A stretch of DNA of 64,000 nt, taken from Ignavibacteriota bacterium. Its GTDB lineage: Bacteria > Bacteroidota > Ignavibacteria > UBA10030 > UBA6906. A program made the position numbers and the translations under genes. Location: NCBI GenBank assembly GCA_963801355.1, contig CAWDEM010000004.1, positions 1,248,001 through 1,312,000 on the forward strand, read 5' to 3'. This document shows positions 1 to 8,867 of this stretch, in pieces. The first letter of the stretch is position 1. Every line of letters begins with the position of its first letter. Below the pieces are notes generated by a model, which worked only from the letters and a program-made list of their open reading frames with translations, searched no databases and was not told the origin of the DNA.

Positions 1-477
1 ATCATGATCGAACAGCCGCTGGCGAGAGAAGATCTCGAAGGGCACGCACGACTGCAAAGCCTGCTCGCGACGCCCGTCTGCCTCGACGAAAGCGCGGAAG
101 ATCCCGCAGCCGTCCAGCATGCCATCGAGATCGGTGCCTGCCGCATCATCAACATTAAGATCCAGCGCGTGGGCGGGCTGAGAAATGCCATCCGCATTCA
201 TGATATGTGCGCGGCTGCGGGGATTCCGGTCTGGGGCGGCACGATGCCCGAACTGGGCATCGGCGGAGCGCAGACCGTGCATCTGGCGACACTGCCCAAC
301 TTCCGCTTTCCCACCGACGTTCAGGCCTCAAGCCGCTGGTTCGTGGAAGATTGCATTTCGCCGCTGCTGGAAGTCCATGACGGCCAGATCCAAATTCCCC
401 GGGGAACCGGCAACGCCTATCAACTGGTGCCCGGCGTCGTAGAAAAATACCTGGTACGCAAGGAGGTGCTGGTCTGA
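1..477 (+). CDS. o-succinylbenzoate synthase / N-acylamino acid racemase-like enolase-superfamily protein (5'-truncated by window)
   Basis: Motifs MIEQPL, CLDES, INIKIQRVGG, VWGGTMPE; frame open from window start. Confidence 0.85.
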   Translation: MMIEQPLAREDLEGHARLQSLLATPVCLDESAEDPAAVQHAIEIGACRIINIKIQRVGGLRNAIRIHDMCAAAGIPVWGGTMPELGIGGAQTVHLATLPNFRFPTDVQASSRWFVEDCISPLLEVHDGQIQIPRGTGNAYQLVPGVVEKYLVRKEVLV

Positions 478-1494
478 TGTTGACCACCTCCTTTCTGGGA
501 ATGCAGCTCCGGAGTCCAGTGATCGTCGGATCGGGTCCCGCAAGCCACGACGTCAATCAGATCGGTCTGGCGGAGCGGCACGGCGCCGGTGCAGTCGTGC
601 TGAAAACCGCATGCTCCGACAAATTCGAGTACATGCGTTTCTGGCCCCGGCCGCGGTACAAATTGCTGGATTGGGACAAGCAGATTGCCGGCAGGTCAAA
701 ACAGTTTTCGCTGTATTCGTACGAGCAGGCGATACAGCGGTTCGCTTGAGGACTACTGGGAGTTTATCCGCACCTGCAAACGGAACGCCGGGATTCCCAT
801 TATCGGCAGCATCTTCGCCGACGATGCGGCCGATTGGGCTGCCATGGCAGCGGAGGTCGAGCGGGCGGGAGCCGATGCTCTGGAGCTGGATTTCTCGTCT
901 CCCCACCGCCCGGGCACGCTGCAATTTGACACGACGTTCGTCGGGGCAATGCGGGCTGTGCTGGATCGGGTGAAGATTCCCGTTCTCGCCAAACTCTCGC
1001 CGGGGTCGCTGACCGAGGCACAGGCCGAAGCGGCTGAACAGCTCGGCGTGCACGGCGTCACGCTCTGCAACCGGCTTCAAGGCATTGATGTGGATGTTGA
1101 AAGCCAGCAGCCGATCCTCCATGGATACTATGCCGGCGTCGGAGGGCCCTGGGCCAAGTACTACACGATGCGGCATGTGGCCGAAGCCTACCTGAAGCTG
1201 CACATTCCCGTCAGCGGGACCGGGGGGGTGATCAACGGAGAGGATGTGCTGAAGTACATACTGGTCGGTGCATCAACGGTGCAAATCCTCTCGGCCATCA
1301 TGATCAATGGGTGGGAGACAATTTCACGGATCAACGCGGAAGTCACTGCATATCTGCAGCGCAAGGGGATTGAACGCCTCGACGCGATCCGGGGGCGGGC
1401 GGTGGCATCCATGACTTCACCGGAGTCCATCGTGCGATGGTCGGGTGAACCGCTTGAGGGTGCACGAAACGTATGGAAAGAGACAGAGTCTTGA
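477..1494 (+). pseudogene. Dihydroorotate/dihydropyrimidine dehydrogenase (PreA-like) flavoprotein split by an apparent +1 frameshift near 732 (real lesion or assembly error)
   Basis: N-half 477..749 (FLGMQLRSPVIVGSGP, GAVVLKT) and C-half in the 685..1494 frame (GADALELDFSSPH, PVLAKLSP, SGTGGV, GASTVQ); removing one base gives one 338-aa ORF. Confidence 0.8.
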
Positions 1495-1793
1495 GCGGTG
1501 CGCAAAAATATCCCGGCTTGCCGCCTCTGCCTCCTCCCTTTGCGGCCCAGCACCCTCCCGTGGCAAGGGTCCTGGAAGAAACGTGCATAGCCTGTGACCG
1601 GTGTCCTCCTGTCTGCTTCTTTGATGCACTCCACATGGAAGAACGCACAGGCCACCCCCATGGCCGCACGGCGGTTGTTGTTGTGGAACACTGTACCGGC
1701 TGCGGACTCTGCTTCGAATCCTGTCCGGTTGATGCATTCGTGTGGGTCCCCGATATGTCACCGCATCCATCACGACCGGGGCATCGTTCATGA
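1491..1793 (+). CDS. 2x[4Fe-4S] ferredoxin-like protein
   Basis: CIACDRCPPVC and CTGCGLCFESCP motifs; TTG start overlaps upstream TGA. Confidence 0.85.
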   Translation: MSGAQKYPGLPPLPPPFAAQHPPVARVLEETCIACDRCPPVCFFDALHMEERTGHPHGRTAVVVVEHCTGCGLCFESCPVDAFVWVPDMSPHPSRPGHRS

Positions 1794-2410
1794 AGGTCAT
1801 TGATCTCACGCATCCTATCAGTGCAGACATCCCCGTCTACTTTCCCTGGCATCCGCCGACATCGCTGGAGCAGACGGCGAATTACGCCACGCACCGGTGC
1901 GTTGTCCACAAGCTCAGCATCGGCACGCATACGGCCACGCACATCGACGCGCCGGGCCATATCTTCGAAGGCATGGGTACGATTGACCAGTATGATCCGG
2001 GGCTCTGGGTGCAGGACGCGCGTGTGGTCGACCTGACCCCGCGACACGCCCGCCAGGAAATCACCGCGGAAGAGCTCCGGGCACGTTCCCTGAAGCCGGG
2101 GATGGCTGTCGTGCTGAAAACCGGATGGGACGCGCGGTTCGGCGATGCTGACTACTACACAACCTATCCGCCGCTTTCCCCGGCCGGCGCGGAATACCTG
2201 GCTGCACTCCCTATCCCGTTGCTCGCCGCGGATACTCCTTTCACCATGGATGTGCACCGAACTATGCTCCGTCTCGGGATTCCCCTGGTGACCAATATCA
2301 ACAACACCGCACGGTTAAACGACGGTGTGGTGCGTCTGATTGCCGCGCCGTTGCTGATCGCGCACGGTGACGGGGCACCGGCGCGTGTGTTCGCCGTCGT
2401 AGAGGATTGA
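1790..2410 (+). CDS. Cyclase family metal-dependent amidohydrolase (kynurenine formamidase-like)
   Basis: IDLTHPI, HTATHIDAPGH, GDGAPARVFA motifs; ATGA overlap with upstream stop. Confidence 0.9.
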   Translation: MKVIDLTHPISADIPVYFPWHPPTSLEQTANYATHRCVVHKLSIGTHTATHIDAPGHIFEGMGTIDQYDPGLWVQDARVVDLTPRHARQEITAEELRARSLKPGMAVVLKTGWDARFGDADYYTTYPPLSPAGAEYLAALPIPLLAADTPFTMDVHRTMLRLGIPLVTNINNTARLNDGVVRLIAAPLLIAHGDGAPARVFAVVED

Positions 2411-2413
2411 ACT

Positions 2414-3538
2414 ATGCAACCCGTAGTTCAGCTTCTTGCCGATCTCGTGCGCATCCCCAGCATGAATCCCATGGGGCGCACCTGCACGGGCAGGGAATAC
2501 ACCGAAGAACCGATTGCTCACTTTGTGGCCGGGTACCTGCGTAACCGGGGGATTGCTGCAGAGCTCCAGGACGTAGGACCCCACCGGTTGAATGTCCTGG
2601 CGCATATTGATGCAGGCGCGGAGCGCACCCTTCTTCTGGAAGCCCATCTGGACACCGTTCAAGCGGACGCAATGTCGGTGCCTCCCTTTGATGCACGGGT
2701 TGTGGGTGGGCGGATGCAGGGACGGGGAGCATGTGACACCAAGGGATCTCTCGCTGCCTTTATGGACGCCGTCTGCTCACTGGTCGCGGAACATAAGACG
2801 CTCCGGTACAACGTTGTTCTTGCAGCTGTGGCTGATGAGGAGTATCAGTTTACCGGTGCCCGGCTGGCGGTCGCCGCCGGGATGCGGGCGGATTTCGGCA
2901 TTTGCGGCGAGCCGACACGCCTGCATATCATCACGGCCCACAAAGGTGTCACCCGATGGAGGATCCACACGTCCGGGCGAGCCGCGCATTCCGCCTATCC
3001 CGACCGCGGGAAGAATGCCATCTATGCCATGGGGCGCGTGCTCGCGGCAGTGGAACAGCACGCGGGCGAACTCACCCGGCGCGTGCCCCATCCATCGCTC
3101 GGTACGCCCACGATGAGCGTCGGGGTCATCGAAGGCGGGACAGCTGTCAATATTGTGCCCGACCGCTGCTCGATCGAAATTGACCGGCGGACACTCCCGG
3201 GTGAAGGAAGGGAAGCCATCATTGGTGACCTGGAGCGTGCTCTCAGCGGGATCGACGGCTGGTCCATGGATGCCCCGCACCTTGAGGCGGCCGGCATGGA
3301 AGTGCCCGGGGGCTGCCCGGAGGTTGATCTCCTCCGGAGGGAAATTGAAGCGGTGGTGGGATCGGCGGTTGTCGGGAGTGCCCACTATGCGACCGACGCG
3401 GGTATCTACTTCGCCGCGGGCATACCCTGCATCGTCTTCGGCCCCGGCGACATTGCCGATGCGCATACTGCCACAGAATCCCTTGACATCGACGAGCTCC
3501 TGCTGGCGCGGGAAATCGTCCGGAGGTTTCTGATATGA
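2414..3538 (+). CDS. M20 family deacylase (ArgE/DapE-like)
   Basis: EAHLDTV, GRGACDTKG, DEE, GEPT, FGPG..AHT..E motifs. Confidence 0.9.
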   Translation: MQPVVQLLADLVRIPSMNPMGRTCTGREYTEEPIAHFVAGYLRNRGIAAELQDVGPHRLNVLAHIDAGAERTLLLEAHLDTVQADAMSVPPFDARVVGGRMQGRGACDTKGSLAAFMDAVCSLVAEHKTLRYNVVLAAVADEEYQFTGARLAVAAGMRADFGICGEPTRLHIITAHKGVTRWRIHTSGRAAHSAYPDRGKNAIYAMGRVLAAVEQHAGELTRRVPHPSLGTPTMSVGVIEGGTAVNIVPDRCSIEIDRRTLPGEGREAIIGDLERALSGIDGWSMDAPHLEAAGMEVPGGCPEVDLLRREIEAVVGSAVVGSAHYATDAGIYFAAGIPCIVFGPGDIADAHTATESLDIDELLLAREIVRRFLI

Positions 3539-4473
3539 AGTACCGGTGCATCATCGGCCTGGATATCGGCGGGACCAAGACGGCGGTCGTCGAAGGAAGC
3601 GACGAGGGCCGGATACTCCGGCGGCTCCAGTTCGCGACGGCGCCGCAACGGGGTTTTGATGCAGTCTTCAACGACATTGTCAATGGCGTCGAGACGATTC
3701 AGAAATCGGCGGCAAACACACCGGCCGCCATCAGCGTTGCGATTGGTGGTCCACTGGATGTTCTTCAGGGAGTGGTGCACTCGCCCCCGAATCTGCCGGG
3801 GTGGGATGCCATTCCCCTGAAGAAGCTCCTGGCAGACCGTTTTGCACTCCCGGTGTATGTCGAGCACGACGGTAATGCGGGGGCGCTGGCCGAATGGTAT
3901 TTCGGCGCAGGGAAGGGTGCACGCAGCCTCGTATTCCTGACCATGGGAACCGGTTTCGGGGCGGGTTTGATACTTGACGGCCGGCTGTACCGGGGCGCGT
4001 CGGATGTGGCGGGGGAGGTCGGGCACGTGCGCATAGCCGAGGATGGACCTGACTGCTATGGCAAAGCCGGGTCACTTGAGGGATATGCAAGCGGGACCGG
4101 CATCACACGGCTGGCACACTCACAGTTCCCGCGCCGGTGGCCGCTGCCTCCCGATATGATTCAACTGGCCGTTGCGGCACGATCCGGTGATCCTGATGCG
4201 CTGCATGTCTTTGCGACTGCCTCCCGGTATTTCGGACGTGGACTTGCGATGATTGCCGACACGTTGAATCCGGAACGCATCGTACTGGGTGGCCTCGGTA
4301 TGCGGTTGATGGACATTCTGGTGGAGCCTGCGCTCCGCATCTATAAAGAGGAAGTCCTGCCGCAGGCCGCCTCCGTGTGCAGCATCGTGCCGGCCGCTCT
4401 GGGTGAATCCATCGGCGATATCGCCTGTCTGTGCGCAGCATTTGATCAAGGACAACTCCTGCGTGAATCATGA
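3535..4473 (+). CDS. ROK family sugar kinase
   Basis: GLDIGGTK, EHDGNAGALAE, GTGFGAG, GEVGH motifs. Confidence 0.9.
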   Translation: MKYRCIIGLDIGGTKTAVVEGSDEGRILRRLQFATAPQRGFDAVFNDIVNGVETIQKSAANTPAAISVAIGGPLDVLQGVVHSPPNLPGWDAIPLKKLLADRFALPVYVEHDGNAGALAEWYFGAGKGARSLVFLTMGTGFGAGLILDGRLYRGASDVAGEVGHVRIAEDGPDCYGKAGSLEGYASGTGITRLAHSQFPRRWPLPPDMIQLAVAARSGDPDALHVFATASRYFGRGLAMIADTLNPERIVLGGLGMRLMDILVEPALRIYKEEVLPQAASVCSIVPAALGESIGDIACLCAAFDQGQLLRES

Positions 4474-5579
4474 TATCAGAATCCTACAGCCACATACCGC
4501 TCAAGCGTGCTGCGCCCGATGGCGGAGAGTTCATTCGACTCCTCATGCACGGACACCCGGGGCACCGCGTTCCGCTCGTCGAGTACATCGTGGATGACGT
4601 GGTGATGCAACCCGTTATCGAACAATTGTTGCAGCGGCCCTGGGTTCCGCCGGGACCGGGCGGGGCCCCATGCAAGGGGTACCTTGACAATATGATTGCG
4701 TTCTGGTCGGGAATGGGTTATGATTTCGTCCGGTTCGAGCTTTCGCTCCCGTTTCCCGAACGGAAAACCCTCATTCCCGATGCGGCACCGGGAAGCATGA
4801 AAGACCGCGCATGGCAGGATGAACATCAAGGAATGATCACCACCTGGGAACAATTTGAGCGCTATCCCTGGCCGAAGGTCGAGGAGTTTGATTTCTCGCC
4901 CTTCGAATATCTGAACTCTCACCTGCCGGATGGCATGGGCCTGATCAGCAGCCATGGCGGCGGCGTTTTTGAACATCTCTCCTGGATTATGTCGTTCGAG
5001 GGGTTGTGTGCGGCCCTGTACGAAGACCCATCGCTCGTCCGTGCCGTGGCGGACAGATTGGGCGAATTGATGCTGGGATTCCATCGGCACCTGGTTGATC
5101 TGGACAGGCTTATTGCGCTCTTCCCGGGCGATGATATGGGGTACCGTACGGCCACGATGATCGCCCCCCGCGACCTGCACGCGTACGCCCTCCCCTGGCA
5201 CAAACGTTTTGCCGCCATTGCGCATGATCACGGCATACCGTACTTTCTGCATTCCTGCGGCAACCTCTCAGCCATCATGGATGATCTGATCACGGTGGTC
5301 GGTATCGACGGAAAGCACTCCTATGAAGATGCCATCGTACCCGTCGAGGATTTCCAGCGGATGTACGGCGGCCGGATTGCCGTGCTCGGGGGAATTGATA
5401 TTAATATCCTCTCCGGAGGGACTCCATTACAGGTGCGGCAGCGTGTACAACAGCTCGTGCAGCAGTGCGGGCAGGTCGGCCGGTATGCCATCGGCTCCGG
5501 AAATTCCGTTCCCAGTTATGTCCCCGTAGACAACTACATTGCCATGATTGATGAGGCACATGTCACACATGACCATTGA
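4470..5579 (+). CDS. Uroporphyrinogen decarboxylase (URO-D)/MtaA-fold protein
   Basis: GDDMG, FLHSCGN, LGGID, GSGNSV motifs. Confidence 0.85.
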   Translation: MISESYSHIPLKRAAPDGGEFIRLLMHGHPGHRVPLVEYIVDDVVMQPVIEQLLQRPWVPPGPGGAPCKGYLDNMIAFWSGMGYDFVRFELSLPFPERKTLIPDAAPGSMKDRAWQDEHQGMITTWEQFERYPWPKVEEFDFSPFEYLNSHLPDGMGLISSHGGGVFEHLSWIMSFEGLCAALYEDPSLVRAVADRLGELMLGFHRHLVDLDRLIALFPGDDMGYRTATMIAPRDLHAYALPWHKRFAAIAHDHGIPYFLHSCGNLSAIMDDLITVVGIDGKHSYEDAIVPVEDFQRMYGGRIAVLGGIDINILSGGTPLQVRQRVQQLVQQCGQVGRYAIGSGNSVPSYVPVDNYIAMIDEAHVTHDH

Positions 5580-7869
5580 CAGACGTTGTCACTCTCAGCT
5601 CCGGCGTTTCGCGGGACCGGTGCAATCTTGCCGGCTCACCGTCATGGCGATCGGCCTCGTCGCCTGGGTACTTGTCCTGAGCAATGCCGCACAGGCGCAG
5701 AAGAGCGTGTATCTCGCCGAAATCGAGAAGTCGGCGGCCCAGTGCTGGCGCACGCTGCCTTCAGACCTGGACGCCTGGAAGAAAAACCCCAATCACAGTG
5801 TTCTCTGGGGGTACAATCCTCCGGCATCACCTCTCTATCTTGCCGCCACGTACGGATATTTGTATTCGCTGAACCATGATGAACGGTATGCCCGGCGTGC
5901 CCTGCAGCTGCTCGCCGATTACGGGTCATTGCGGAAAACGCTCCCGGCCGGATTTGCCGCGAGCCGCGCCGAGTATGCGCGCGGCGTGCCGGCATTCACC
6001 AACTTCTTCTTTATTGCTCCCTTCGCCCAGGCATATCTCGCCGTGCGTGAGAGCCCCTCGGCTACACCCGCACAACGCAAGACGATTGAGACGGACCTCG
6101 GGGAAAGCATCGACTTTGTCTATACGTTTCCCGAATGGGGGAGCCACAACCGTGCGATGCTGCGTGCGCTGGGGTTTCTCCTGGGAGCGCAGGCCCTGCC
6201 GCAGCATCCTCACGTGCGGCAATGGATACGCACGGCCGAGGCCATCAGCGCAGACAATCTGCAGGCGTGGGAAGTCGAAGACGCGACGGTCTATCACCCG
6301 GTGTGGCTCCACACTGTGCTCCGCTATGCGGAGGCGGCCGGAACGCCCCGGGTGCACTCTTCTGTGTTCCTGCATTACTACCTTGAATATTTTACGCAAC
6401 TGATATCTCCGGCCGGGCTGGTGCCGGATTTTGGCGACGCATACTGGGAGTCGTCGCTCGAAGCGCTCCGTTTCGTCGCGGTGTTCGAGCGGGGTGCCGC
6501 CGTGTTCCGCGACCCCAGGATGCGATGGGCTGCCGCCACGCTGCTGGCGACGGCGCGCACGCGGGGTGACACGGTGGGAATTGGCGCGGCGTACCATTTG
6601 TGCGACGCACATCGCTGGGTCGACGAATCGATCATTCCGGCGGTGCCCGATGCCGGCAGCGGGGAGGTCCTGGATGACGTCATCGGCAAGAAGGTGGTCT
6701 TCCGCAACGGCTGGGATGCACGGTCCACGTACCTGCTGCTGAACTACAGGGATGAAGGGGACGGCGGATGGATGAGCCGCCACTATCTCCGGAATACCAT
6801 TACCGTGGAAGAAGAGAAAATGCATCATGGTCACGCCGATGAGAACAGCATCAGCTTGCTCATGCACAACGGATCTGTGCTGCTCCATGATGCAGGCTAT
6901 CGCGACTCCCTTCCCAGCGGTCCCTTCGGTTCGTGGCGCCAGGACTATTTTCACAACCGTCTCGTGGTGCGTGCAAACAAGCGTGATCTCCATCAGGGGG
7001 TACTCGAGTTTGTCCGGAACTCTGGCGCCTACCGGGCCGTGCAGACGCGCAAGATAGACTTTGTCCGTCTCCGCGATGTGGACATGAGCCGGACCAGGGT
7101 GAGCGAATCGCTTCCTGGTTATGACTGGGACAGGATCATCGCTTACGTAAAATCCCTCGGAGTCTTCGTGGTCATTGATGCGGTGAAGGCCACGAGGCCG
7201 GACTACATGACACTTACCGCCTTCTGGCATGGCCAGCACATCGAACGCCTGCGCGACGGTGTGTTCAGGATCGCAACGGATTCGCTGCAATCCCTGCACT
7301 TTCCGCAGGAATCGGGATTGCGCGTGGAATTCCTTGAACGCACCGGTAAGTCGGAAGGGAGCGCTCCAATCTCGCGGCACCGCCAGACTGAAACCGCGCT
7401 GTACCAGACCATTGCGAGCCAGTACAAAACCGGCGACAGGGAACTCTTCGTCACGATCCTCACGCCGTTTGACCGGGTGAAGGGGAGTGACGATGTGCCG
7501 CGTGCTTCTCTTGTCCCGACCTCGTCTCCCGCCGGGGCGGTTGCCGTCCGCCTCGAAACCGGCGGGCGGTCGCTGCTGATCGGGGTGAAGCTCGACCTCG
7601 ACTCGGAGATTGCACGCGAAAACATCCGTCCGCGCTACCCGTATGCGCTGGGCAAAACCACCTATGGGGAGTTTGAAACGGACGCACATTTCTTTGTCGC
7701 CGACGAAAAGACAACCGTGCCGCGTTTCAGCGCGGTGAATGTTCTCAAGGTATACCACCGCGGCAAGGAAGTCATGAGCGCACTACCCTGTACGCATGCC
7801 CTTCAACCCGATGGCAGTCCGGATCGCATCGGCATCTCGAAGTGGCGGGTATACGAATCAGAACCATAA
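5569..7869 (+). CDS. Secreted heparinase II/III-like polysaccharide lyase (start uncertain, 5548-5644)
   Basis: Signal peptide ending AAQA; PDFGDA, HGHADENSISL, LHDAGY, FHNRLVV motifs resembling Hepar_II_III. Confidence 0.65.
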   Translation: MTIDRRCHSQLRRFAGPVQSCRLTVMAIGLVAWVLVLSNAAQAQKSVYLAEIEKSAAQCWRTLPSDLDAWKKNPNHSVLWGYNPPASPLYLAATYGYLYSLNHDERYARRALQLLADYGSLRKTLPAGFAASRAEYARGVPAFTNFFFIAPFAQAYLAVRESPSATPAQRKTIETDLGESIDFVYTFPEWGSHNRAMLRALGFLLGAQALPQHPHVRQWIRTAEAISADNLQAWEVEDATVYHPVWLHTVLRYAEAAGTPRVHSSVFLHYYLEYFTQLISPAGLVPDFGDAYWESSLEALRFVAVFERGAAVFRDPRMRWAAATLLATARTRGDTVGIGAAYHLCDAHRWVDESIIPAVPDAGSGEVLDDVIGKKVVFRNGWDARSTYLLLNYRDEGDGGWMSRHYLRNTITVEEEKMHHGHADENSISLLMHNGSVLLHDAGYRDSLPSGPFGSWRQDYFHNRLVVRANKRDLHQGVLEFVRNSGAYRAVQTRKIDFVRLRDVDMSRTRVSESLPGYDWDRIIAYVKSLGVFVVIDAVKATRPDYMTLTAFWHGQHIERLRDGVFRIATDSLQSLHFPQESGLRVEFLERTGKSEGSAPISRHRQTETALYQTIASQYKTGDRELFVTILTPFDRVKGSDDVPRASLVPTSSPAGAVAVRLETGGRSLLIGVKLDLDSEIARENIRPRYPYALGKTTYGEFETDAHFFVADEKTTVPRFSAVNVLKVYHRGKEVMSALPCTHALQPDGSPDRIGISKWRVYESEP

Positions 7870-7905
7870 CTGCACAGCAACAGCGCAGGCGCGCACGTTG
7901 GTCCG

Positions 7906-8841
7906 ATGATCACGACGGTCACCCTTAACCCGATGCTGGACAAGACCGTGCGACTGTCACACCTCGCGGTGGGGCAAATCACACGCGCCCGGGAAGTGTC
8001 GTGCATTGTCGGCGGCAAAGGAGTGAACGTTACCCGCCAGCTCCACCGGCTGGGCTGCTCCGCGCAGGCCACCGGCCTCTGGGGTGGAGAAGTCGGTCTC
8101 CAGTGCGACCGGTTGTTGGCCGCCGAAGGAATCGCACACCGGTTCGTGCGGATCGACGGCATGACACGGGAAGGGGTGACATATCTGGACGCGGAGGGCA
8201 CGATGACGTGCATCTTCGAACCGCCCCATCATGTCACGCCAGCGGAAGCGGATATGCTCGTGGCCCGGTGCTCTACGCTTCTGGCCGGCAGTCAGTGGCT
8301 GGCATGCTGTGGCAGCTCACCCGCTCCGGCAACCGATCATGTGTATGCCGACATTCTGCAGGAAGCGCGCGCACGAGGCGTCCGTACTGCACTGGATACG
8401 TACGGCGCACCGTTGAACCTTGCGCTTGCTGCCATGCCGGATGTGGTGAAGGTCAACCGCGAGGAATACCGGAGCAGCGCCGGTGCATCACTGGAACGTG
8501 AACGCGACGTGGTCGACGCACTGATTGCGCTTGTCGGACAAGGAATCGAATTGGCCGTTCTCACCGATGGACCCCGGCCGTGCTATGCAGCGAGCCGGTC
8601 GGGGTGCTGGAAAATCACCCCGCCGTCTGTCCCAACCGTGAATCCGACAGGATCCGGGGACAGCATGCTGGCCGGGATTCTGTATGGATTATCGCGGGGA
8701 TGGGACCATCCAAGCAGCGTCTGTTTTGGCGCTGCTGCCGGCGCGGCAAATGCCGCGGTCTGGAGTGTCTCGTCCGTGTCGATGCATGACATCATGTCGC
8801 TTCTCCCATCTGTGGCTGTCACTGAATTCATCGTCACCTAA
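7906..8841 (+). CDS. PfkB family 1-phosphofructokinase-like hexose-phosphate kinase
   Basis: TVTLNPMLD, GGKGVNV, KVNREE, NPTGSGDSMLAG motifs. Confidence 0.9.
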   Translation: MITTVTLNPMLDKTVRLSHLAVGQITRAREVSCIVGGKGVNVTRQLHRLGCSAQATGLWGGEVGLQCDRLLAAEGIAHRFVRIDGMTREGVTYLDAEGTMTCIFEPPHHVTPAEADMLVARCSTLLAGSQWLACCGSSPAPATDHVYADILQEARARGVRTALDTYGAPLNLALAAMPDVVKVNREEYRSSAGASLERERDVVDALIALVGQGIELAVLTDGPRPCYAASRSGCWKITPPSVPTVNPTGSGDSMLAGILYGLSRGWDHPSSVCFGAAAGAANAAVWSVSSVSMHDIMSLLPSVAVTEFIVT

Positions 8842-8867
8842 CCCCCGTTTTCAGAAAGGTGCTGGAT

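Noticed and set aside
720-750. Programmed ribosomal frameshift in the PreA-like gene
   Set aside because: No slippery heptamer, prfB-type CTT-TGA site, internal SD or downstream structure seen
5926-7758. Long antisense ORFs (610 aa here; also 9816-11234, 34570-36138, 40831-41877, 57875-58888)
   Set aside because: Shadow ORFs opposite well-supported genes, expected in GC-rich DNA; no motifs
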